A stretch of DNA of 41,208 bases from Candidatus Omnitrophota bacterium. GTDB taxonomy: Bacteria; Omnitrophota; Gorgyraeia; JABMRJ01. A program made the position numbers and the translations under genes. The stretch covers positions 1-41,208 of the forward strand of contig JABMRJ010000062.1 in NCBI GenBank assembly GCA_013202745.1. Reading direction: 5' to 3'. The number at the start of each line of letters is the position of its first letter. The first letter of the stretch is position 1. Below are positions 18,554-25,509 of the stretch, piece after piece. The notes beneath the pieces were generated by a model that saw nothing but the letters and a program-made list of their open reading frames with translations, searched no databases and was not told the origin of the DNA.

Positions 18554-18590
18554 GAGTTGGGCATGTCCAGGTCTCTTCTCGCATTTGTTA

Positions 18591-18662
18591 TAATATGGCA
18601 TTATTACTTATTATCATAATATTATGTTATGTGTCTAATTATTATACAATAATGCCATATTA
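18591..18662. repeat. 15-bp perfect inverted repeat with a 42-nt AT-rich spacer
   Basis: TAATATGGCATTATT (18591-18605) and AATAATGCCATATTA (18648-18662). The spacer contains a 12-bp palindrome, CATAATATTATG (18615-18626). The repeat lies between the pilA terminator and pilM. Confidence 0.85.
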
Positions 18663-18688
18663 CTAGTGGAAAGTCAAGCAGATATGAC

Positions 18689-18724
18689 AAAAGAGGCGGT
18701 GAGTTGTTACTCACCGCCTCTTTT
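18689..18724 (-). terminator. Intrinsic terminator downstream of pilA (symmetric, potentially bidirectional)
   Basis: 16-bp perfect stem, AAAGAGGCGGTGAGT.. (18689-18704) pairing with 18709-18724, and a 4-nt loop. A/T runs flank it on both sides. It starts 19 nt after the pilA stop. Confidence 0.8.
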
Positions 18725-18742
18725 CTATATCCGTATTAGCAA

Positions 18743-19084
18743 TTACTGTCCAGCCACATTCCCGTGTACGCCGCATGATGCATACGCCGGAACGCTGCCC
18801 GAGGCAGCAACGAGCGTATAAGCATTTGAGTCGCCATCAACGGTAGGCACGTTCCTCAAATACGGGCTTAGGTTTGCGAGTGCCGTAGGCCAAGCACCAG
18901 TGTCAATCTGGAACATCTGAATGGCACTATCGATCTGCCTTAGGTTTGCTAAGCATGCGTTTGACGCTGCCGTAGCACGTGCAGTCACAAAATTTGGAAT
19001 GGCTATAGCTGCCAATAACCCTATAATTGCTACAACGATCATTATTTCGACAAGCGTGAAGCCTTTCCTGTCTCTCTTCTTCAT
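18743..19084 (-). CDS. pilA: Type IV major pilin (prepilin)
   Basis: MKKRDRKG/FTLVEIMIVVAIIGLLAAIAIPNF is a canonical class III signal with Glu at +5. The start at 19084 follows GAGGAGGGG. Two Cys residues (C52, C112) could form a disulfide. The gene has its own promoter and terminator. Confidence 0.9.
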   Translation of the reverse strand: MKKRDRKGFTLVEIMIVVAIIGLLAAIAIPNFVTARATAASNACLANLRQIDSAIQMFQIDTGAWPTALANLSPYLRNVPTVDGDSNAYTLVAASGSVPAYASCGVHGNVAGQ

Positions 19085-19265
19085 CGTCATTCCCCTCCTC
19101 TCCAACCATGTTTGGTTAGTCTGGCCTCTTATTTCAGCACATCAAAGCATAGGTATAATATATATTAGCCCTTATGCTGCGATATGTTACCTGCTTGGGA
19201 AGACTATCTGTCAAAGATCCCTCTTGCGGGGCCTCGATATGAGGCCTTTTAAGGCCATCGAAACA

Positions 19266-19293
19266 AGTATAGCATATAACGGTTAAAAGTCAA
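19266..19293 (-). promoter_or_regulatory. Sigma70-like promoter for pilA with a leader of about 175 nt
   Basis: On the minus strand: TTGACT (19293-19288), a 16-nt spacer, then TATACT (19271-19266). It lies just downstream of the pilC stop. Confidence 0.45.
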
Positions 19294-19305
19294 CCCTTGG
19301 GGTGC

Positions 19306-20520
19306 CTATCCGGTCACTATTTGCGATAACTGGAATATTGGTAAGAACATACAGATGACGATGGCCCCTATGACTATACCTAAAAATGCTATTATAAGAG
19401 GTTCTATCATGCTCGTTAGGCCGCTTACAGAAGCATCGATCTGCTCATCGTAAAAGTCCGATATCTTGGAAAGCATCTTATCCAACTCACCGGTCTTTTC
19501 ACCAACCGAGATCATCCTCACTACAAGCGGCGGAAAGACCCCGCATCGCTTGAGTGGTGTTGCTATGCTCTCCCCTTCCCGTATACTGTTGCGCACATCC
19601 GTAACTGCATTCTCAACTACCATATTCCCTGACGTCTTCGCTACTATCTCGAGACATGTCAGTATGGGCACACCTGCCTTTATTAATGTTGAGAGGGTCC
19701 TGGTAAACTTGCTTATTGCTACCTTGCGCACCAATGCTCCAAAGATAGGGAGTCTCAAAAAACGGCGATCAACAAATAACTTTCCTCTGGGCGTCTTTGC
19801 GAAGCGTCCAAACATGAAGGCAATTATAGAAAAGGCCACAACGAAAATAAGGAAATATCTCCTTAAGATCTCACTGGCGGATATTAGAATCTGGGTAGGC
19901 AGCGGCAGATCAGCGCCAAAACCGGCATATATCTCGCCAAATATCGGTATCACTTTTATTAAAAGGAGTATAGTGACCGATAAGGCCATGACAGTTATCA
20001 CTGCCGGGTATACCATGGCCGACTTGATCTTTTTTTGCAGCGTATTTGTCTTTTCGAGATAGAGCGCTACCCTGTCGAGTATTTCATCGAGCATGCCGCT
20101 CGACTCGCCGGCCTTTACCATATTGACAAAAATATTAGAGAAGACCCCGGAGTGTTTGGCAAACCCTTCAGAGAGGCTCTTGCCGGATTCGATCTCTTTG
20201 CGCACATCTATGAGCACCTCTTTAAAGGCCTTGTTCTCCATCTGTTCAGAAAGTATATCCAAAGCACTTATCAGTGTAATGCCTGCGCTCACCATCGTCG
20301 CCATCTGCCTGGAGAATATTACAAGATCATCCAATTTTACCTTCTGCTTAAAAAATGTTCCGGAAAATATTGATGCTATCTGCGCTGCCTCAGTGACGTT
20401 TATGATAACCAGCCCTTTATCCCTCAGCATCTTTATCGCCTCATATTTGTCAGCGGCTTCTATAATGCCCTTTACGGCTTTTCCTTCTTTATCTTTTGTA
20501 ATGTAGTTATACATTGGCAT
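19306..20520 (-). CDS. pilC: Type IV pilus platform protein PilC (GspF family)
   Basis: 404 aa. Two GspF-type repeats and three TM regions. It follows the pilB genes. Confidence 0.93.
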   Translation of the reverse strand: MPMYNYITKDKEGKAVKGIIEAADKYEAIKMLRDKGLVIINVTEAAQIASIFSGTFFKQKVKLDDLVIFSRQMATMVSAGITLISALDILSEQMENKAFKEVLIDVRKEIESGKSLSEGFAKHSGVFSNIFVNMVKAGESSGMLDEILDRVALYLEKTNTLQKKIKSAMVYPAVITVMALSVTILLLIKVIPIFGEIYAGFGADLPLPTQILISASEILRRYFLIFVVAFSIIAFMFGRFAKTPRGKLFVDRRFLRLPIFGALVRKVAISKFTRTLSTLIKAGVPILTCLEIVAKTSGNMVVENAVTDVRNSIREGESIATPLKRCGVFPPLVVRMISVGEKTGELDKMLSKISDFYDEQIDASVSGLTSMIEPLIIAFLGIVIGAIVICMFLPIFQLSQIVTG

Positions 20521-20532
20521 CTTCGTCCTCCT

Positions 20533-22248
20533 CTAATCAGAGGTAATTCGCAGGACTTCTTCCAGTGTCGTCAATCCCGCGACAAATTTTTCAATGGCAT
20601 TGGCCTTCAGGCTCTTCATGCCATTCTTTAAAGCGTAAGCATTAATCTCGTCGCTTGACTTTCTCGCAACGATCATCTCCCTTATCTTGTCATCGATAAG
20701 CAATGTTTCGAGGGTGCCGAGTCTGCCGAAGTATCCCGTATGGATGCATTTATCACACCCCTTGCCTTTATAAAATTGAATACTCTTTTTTGTCTTGCGC
20801 AAATTTTTTATATCAATACCGGCCCGCTCAAGCACCTCGTCTGGAATGTCGACGGGCTCTTTACAATGGACACAGATCTTCCTGCAGAGCCTTTGTGCGG
20901 CCATCATAACGCCGCTCGACGCTATAAGAAAAGGTTCGACACCCATATCTATAAGCCTTGTAATGGCACTCGCTGCATCGTTTGTATGTAAGGTACTCAA
21001 TACCAGGACACCTGTCAATGAGGCCTTTATCGCTATATCTGCCGTTTCAAAATCTCTTATCTCGCCAATCATGATGATATCGGGACTCTGTCTCAAGAGT
21101 GACCTCAAACCGCTTGCGAATGTGAGACCTATATCTGCGTTTGTCTGGATCTGCGTAATCCCTTCCACCTGGTATTCAACAGGGTCTTCTACTGTAATTA
21201 TCGATCTCTCAGGCACGTTGAGCTGGGTAATAATCGAATACAATGTAGTCGACTTACCGCTGCCTGTAGGCCCTGTAACTAGTATCATGCCATAGGGCCT
21301 TTCCAGCGCTTTCTTAAAGACGTCGAGCGTCTCTTTTAAAAACCCCAGTTTATCAGGCCCTACACTCAGGTTGGCCTTATCGAGCGCTCTTAAGACCATC
21401 TTACTCCCGAAACTTATTGGCAGGGATGACACCCTGAAGTCTATCTCTTTTGCTCCGTGCCTGATCTTAAACCTGCCGTCTTGAGGAAGCCTCGACTCGG
21501 TTATATCCAGGCGCGACATGATCTTTAGTCTTGCCAGTACTGCGTTTTGATTCTTCTTTGGAAGGATAAATGCCTCTTGCAGCTTTCCATCAACACGATA
21601 TCTTATCCTGAGGGCATCTTCTTCCGGCTCTATATGTATGTCGCTCGCCCTCTTCTTTATGGCCTCCGCCAATATAAGATCAACCACCTTTACTATGGAC
21701 GTCTGCTTACTCTCTACAGTGACCTGTTTTAGATCTACCTTCTCTTCGGCCACAACCTCAAGCCCTTCTATATTTTCCTCCGTCTCAAGCTCGACCGTCT
21801 CATCCTTATCTGATGCGCCGTAACATATCTCTATTGCATTCCTAATATCGCTCTCTGTGGATATTACCAGATCGATTTCACATTTTGTCATAGCCTTTAC
21901 ATCGTCTACTGCAAAGATATTCATAGGATCAGATACGGCCACCGTCATATGGTTGCCTATCCGTGAAACAGGCACAACCATATAATGGCGCGCAAAACGC
22001 TCTGGTATCTGCAATATGAGTGATGGGTCGATATTGTACTTAGAAAGGTTTATAGGAGGTATATTGAATTCCTGGCTCAGCACGATCATGAGATCCTTTT
22101 GTGTTACATATCCGTTGTCGATAAGTATCTTGCCTAAATTACCGCCTTTCTCCTTTTGGATGATAAGCGCCCTCTCAAGCTCTGCCTTCTTTATGAGCTT
22201 AGAGTCCATCAATATCTTTGCAAATTTATCCTTGAAGGATTCTGCCAT
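20533..22248 (-). CDS. pilB: Type IV pilus assembly ATPase, PilB/GspE paralog 1
   Basis: 571 aa. N-terminal MshEN/T2SSE_N domain, Walker A GPTGSGKSTT, Asp box/Walker B PDIIMIGEIRD, His box TGVLVLSTLHTNDA, and tetracysteine CVHC..CDKC. Confidence 0.9.
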   Translation of the reverse strand: MAESFKDKFAKILMDSKLIKKAELERALIIQKEKGGNLGKILIDNGYVTQKDLMIVLSQEFNIPPINLSKYNIDPSLILQIPERFARHYMVVPVSRIGNHMTVAVSDPMNIFAVDDVKAMTKCEIDLVISTESDIRNAIEICYGASDKDETVELETEENIEGLEVVAEEKVDLKQVTVESKQTSIVKVVDLILAEAIKKRASDIHIEPEEDALRIRYRVDGKLQEAFILPKKNQNAVLARLKIMSRLDITESRLPQDGRFKIRHGAKEIDFRVSSLPISFGSKMVLRALDKANLSVGPDKLGFLKETLDVFKKALERPYGMILVTGPTGSGKSTTLYSIITQLNVPERSIITVEDPVEYQVEGITQIQTNADIGLTFASGLRSLLRQSPDIIMIGEIRDFETADIAIKASLTGVLVLSTLHTNDAASAITRLIDMGVEPFLIASSGVMMAAQRLCRKICVHCKEPVDIPDEVLERAGIDIKNLRKTKKSIQFYKGKGCDKCIHTGYFGRLGTLETLLIDDKIREMIVARKSSDEINAYALKNGMKSLKANAIEKFVAGLTTLEEVLRITSD

Positions 22249-23979
22249 CTATGCCTCTATAGCCTGGTCGCCGACTGTCACCCTCACTACCTCCTCAAGC
22301 GTTGTAAGTCCGGCAAGCACTTTTGCCAGGCCGTTCTCTCTCAGTGTCTTCATGCCCTCTTTTATTGCCTGTGCTTTAATCTCAGACTCCTGAGCTCTGC
22401 GCGCTATCAAGTCTTTTATCGTAGGCGTAAGGACCAATACCTCAGCCAATCCTATCCTTCCCTTATAACCTGTATTTTCACATGTCTTGCAGCCTCTGCC
22501 TTTATGTAATATAACCGGTGCCTTAATATTGTCTATCCGCAGCCTCTTTAGTATCGATTCATTCACCTTGTATTCTTCCGAACATTTCGGGCAAACTTTT
22601 CTGATTAACCTCTGCGCCGCTACGAGAACTACGGATGAAGATATGAGAAAAGGTTCTACCCCCATGTTGACCATGCGCACTATAGAACCGCATGCGGTCG
22701 TCGTATGCAAGGTGCTCAAGACAAGGTGCCCGGTAAGCGCCGCTTTTATGGCTATGTCGACTGTATTGAAGTCCCTTATCTCACCGACCATTATTACGTC
22801 CGGGTCCTGCCTCAGTATAGACCTTAAGGATGCTGCAAACGTAAGGCCTATATTCGACTGTATGGCCACCTGATTTATCCCCTTCAGCTGATATTCTACC
22901 GGATCCTCTACCGTCACTATATTCTTCTCCGGAGAGTCGACGAGATTAAGTATGGAATAGAGTGTGGTCGTCTTGCCGCATCCGGTCGGGCCGCAGATGA
23001 GTATCATGCCATGAGGCCTGGCAGAAGCCTTCTTTAAATCATCCAGCGGCTCTCTTTCGAAGCCAAGCTTATTTAGATCTAGCACCGCCTGACTTTTATC
23101 GAGAATCCTCAACGCGGCCTTTTCTCCCATGCTTGACGGAAGAACCGATATCCTGAAATCGACTTCACGCTCAGCTATCTTTATCTTAAATCTTCCATCC
23201 TGCGGAAGCCGCCTCTCTGCAATATTTAAGTTAGACATAACCTTAAGACGCGATACTATCGCAGCATGCATGGTGCGCGGGGGCTTGCGCCCCTCCCTTA
23301 GGAGGCCGTCTACCCTGTAACGCACCCTCATCTCATGCTCTAAAGGCTCTATCAATATGTCGCTCGCCTTGAGTCTTATGCCATCACTCAAGAGCCTGTC
23401 TGTGACCTTAACTACAGGCGCCTCCTGCGTAAGCTTCATAAGGGCTTGAGAGTCTATATCTTCGACTGAAGACTCTTCTACCATCTGTATCCTCTTCGCC
23501 TCTTCTATGTCTTCTATAATCTTTTCTACAGCATGGTGGGTATCCTCACCATAATAATGCTCTATCGCATCCCTCATATCTTTATCTGTTGTAACGACCG
23601 GGCCTATCTTGAATCCTGTAAGGGCCTTGATATCATCTACGGCAAATACATTGAGTGGATCGGCCATGGCAACGGTCAATATATTGCCCATCTTTGATAT
23701 CGGGAGGATATTATAATGCAGCGCTATCTTCTTAGGGATGAGATTGAGGACCTCAGCATCTATCTTATACCTCGACAGGTTTATCGGGGGTACGCCAAGT
23801 TCCAGACTAAGGAGGGACATAAGGGCATCTTTCTCTACGAACCCTTCACCCACCAATATATCACTCAATTTGCCGCCCTTCCGCTTCTGTATCTTAAGGG
23901 CCTTGTCGAGATCTTTCTGTGAAATCAGGCCCTTCTTTATAAGGGCACTTGAGATCCTGTCTCTTAAGGTAGGTGACAT
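22249..23979 (-). CDS. pilB: Type IV pilus assembly ATPase, PilB/GspE paralog 2
   Basis: 576 aa. MshEN domain, Walker A GPTGCGKTTT, PDVIMVGEIRD, TGHLVLSTLHTT, and CPKC..CKTC. Its TAG stop abuts the ATG of paralog 1 with no spacer. Confidence 0.9.
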   Translation of the reverse strand: MSPTLRDRISSALIKKGLISQKDLDKALKIQKRKGGKLSDILVGEGFVEKDALMSLLSLELGVPPINLSRYKIDAEVLNLIPKKIALHYNILPISKMGNILTVAMADPLNVFAVDDIKALTGFKIGPVVTTDKDMRDAIEHYYGEDTHHAVEKIIEDIEEAKRIQMVEESSVEDIDSQALMKLTQEAPVVKVTDRLLSDGIRLKASDILIEPLEHEMRVRYRVDGLLREGRKPPRTMHAAIVSRLKVMSNLNIAERRLPQDGRFKIKIAEREVDFRISVLPSSMGEKAALRILDKSQAVLDLNKLGFEREPLDDLKKASARPHGMILICGPTGCGKTTTLYSILNLVDSPEKNIVTVEDPVEYQLKGINQVAIQSNIGLTFAASLRSILRQDPDVIMVGEIRDFNTVDIAIKAALTGHLVLSTLHTTTACGSIVRMVNMGVEPFLISSSVVLVAAQRLIRKVCPKCSEEYKVNESILKRLRIDNIKAPVILHKGRGCKTCENTGYKGRIGLAEVLVLTPTIKDLIARRAQESEIKAQAIKEGMKTLRENGLAKVLAGLTTLEEVVRVTVGDQAIEA

Positions 23980-23980
23980 A

Positions 23981-24103
23981 TTATCTTTTACCGTAATATC
24001 TGGTTAGGGCATCGCTCACATCGCTTAATGTGCTTACGAATACCTGGACATTACATTTGGATAGAAGTTCTATGTCTTCGACTGCCTGGATATTTAATGG
24101 GTT
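23981..24103 (-). other. In-frame continuation of the MshEN-domain gene beyond its TAA (40 codons plus a stop)
   Basis: Hand translation directly after the TAA at 24106-24104 gives NPLNIQAVEDIELLSKCNVQVFVSTLSDVSDALTRYYGKR*. This aligns with ADPLNVFAVDDIKALTGFKIGPVVTTDKDMRDAIEHYYGED of PilB paralog 2. Confidence 0.7.
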
Positions 24104-24421
24104 TTACATAGCTATAGTAAGAGTCTCACCGATCCTATCTATGGGGATTAGATGATACTGTCTTGCAACATGCTCCGGTATGATATTAATAACGGCGTTG
24201 TCGATATCATAGCCTTTTAAAGGGAGATAGGGAAAACCATACTGAACGGTTATTGCCTGCGCAATCTCCTCTTCTGTAGCATGGCCCATGGCAACGAGTA
24301 TCTGGCCGATCAGCCCGCCCTTATGAGTCTGTATCTCAAGGGCCTTATCGAGCTGTTTCTTGGTTATTATGCCCCTCTCCATGAGGAGCTCTCCGAGTTG
24401 TTTTGAGATCTTTCTTTTCAT
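24104..24421 (-). CDS. Stand-alone MshEN / T2SSE N-terminal domain protein (105 aa as annotated; about 146 aa if the TAA is bypassed)
   Basis: QLGELLMERGIITKKQLDKALEIQ-THKGG-LIGQILVAMGHATEEEIAQAITVQ matches the tandem 24-residue MshEN c-di-GMP-binding motif. The ORF ends at a TAA inside the domain. Confidence 0.7.
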   Translation of the reverse strand: MKRKISKQLGELLMERGIITKKQLDKALEIQTHKGGLIGQILVAMGHATEEEIAQAITVQYGFPYLPLKGYDIDNAVINIIPEHVARQYHLIPIDRIGETLTIAM

Positions 24422-24426
24422 CTAGA

Positions 24427-25491
24427 TTATTGATGAAGAAGCCGTGCCAGATCATTGGGATCGGTCGTCCTGCCCATGGCATCTTCGTATGTTATTACAC
24501 CTTTTCTGTACAATTCTGCAAGAGACTGGTTCATAGTCCTCATGCCTTCCTTATGACCGGTCTGCACAGCAGAATATATCTGGTGGACCTTTGACTCACG
24601 TATCATACTACGTACCGCTGCATTTACCATAAGGATCTCTGTGGCCAGTGCCCTGCCCGTGCCCTTTGCCCTTGGTATAAGCTGCTGTGAGACGACACCC
24701 ATAAGCACGAAGGACAACTGGGTACGTATCTGCGCCTGCTGGTATGCCGGAAAGACATCTATAGCCCTATTGATAGTCTGGACAGCATCTGAGGTATGGA
24801 GAGTTGCAAATACAAGATGTCCGGTCTCTGCGATGATGAGCGCAGACTCTATGGTCTCGAGATCCCTCATCTCTCCTATGAGTATGACGTCAGGGTCCTG
24901 CCTAAGGACGTGCTTGAGGCTGGCCCCAAATGAAAACGTATCCGAACCCAACTCCCTCTGTTCAATTATGGCCTTCTTGTGCTCATGGAGAAATTCTATA
25001 GGATCTTCAATGGTTATTATATGGCATTGCCTTTCTAAGCTTATCGCATTGACCATAGATGCAAGCGTAGTCGTCTTCCCGCTTCCGGTTGCGCCTGTTA
25101 CCAGCACAAGCCCTTTCGGCTTTCTCGACAATTCCGTTACGGGCCCGATCGGCAGTCCGCATTCTTCAAAACTCATGATCTTAAAAGGTATGGCCCTTAT
25201 CGCCACACCTACGCTCCCGCGCTGCTGATATACATTTACCCTGAAGCGGCTCAAGCCCTCTACGCTGAAGGACATGTCAAGCTCCCTATCCTTCTCAAAC
25301 CTCTCTATCTGCTCCTGGCTCAACAGGCTGTAGGCCAGATCTTTTGAGATCTGCGAATTCACCACATCTGCATTTGCGGATACAAGCTTTTCATCTATAC
25401 GATACTGCGGTGGCGTGCCGACCGTTATATGGAGATCGGATGCATTCTTTAGTATCATCTGTTTCAATAATATCTTCAATTCGCTCTTCAT
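24427..25491 (-). CDS. pilT: Twitching-motility retraction ATPase PilT
   Basis: 354 aa. Walker A GATGSGKTTT, PDVILIGEMRD and TGHLVFATLHTSDA. No MshEN domain. Confidence 0.93.
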   Translation of the reverse strand: MKSELKILLKQMILKNASDLHITVGTPPQYRIDEKLVSANADVVNSQISKDLAYSLLSQEQIERFEKDRELDMSFSVEGLSRFRVNVYQQRGSVGVAIRAIPFKIMSFEECGLPIGPVTELSRKPKGLVLVTGATGSGKTTTLASMVNAISLERQCHIITIEDPIEFLHEHKKAIIEQRELGSDTFSFGASLKHVLRQDPDVILIGEMRDLETIESALIIAETGHLVFATLHTSDAVQTINRAIDVFPAYQQAQIRTQLSFVLMGVVSQQLIPRAKGTGRALATEILMVNAAVRSMIRESKVHQIYSAVQTGHKEGMRTMNQSLAELYRKGVITYEDAMGRTTDPNDLARLLHQ

Positions 25492-25509
25492 GTCCCCTCT
25501 CTCTCTTAT

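Noticed and set aside
18921-19286. A plus-strand 121-aa ORF and a minus-strand 60-aa alternate-frame ORF over pilA
   Set aside because: Both overlap the clearly genuine prepilin gene. They have no RBS and no recognisable motifs.
19085-19305. Sigma54 promoter upstream of the pilin gene
   Set aside because: I scanned the minus strand for GG-N10-GC with TGGCA/TTGC context. Only TGGCCT..GGCC is present, and its spacing is wrong. A TTGACT-N16-TATACT sigma70-like promoter fits better.
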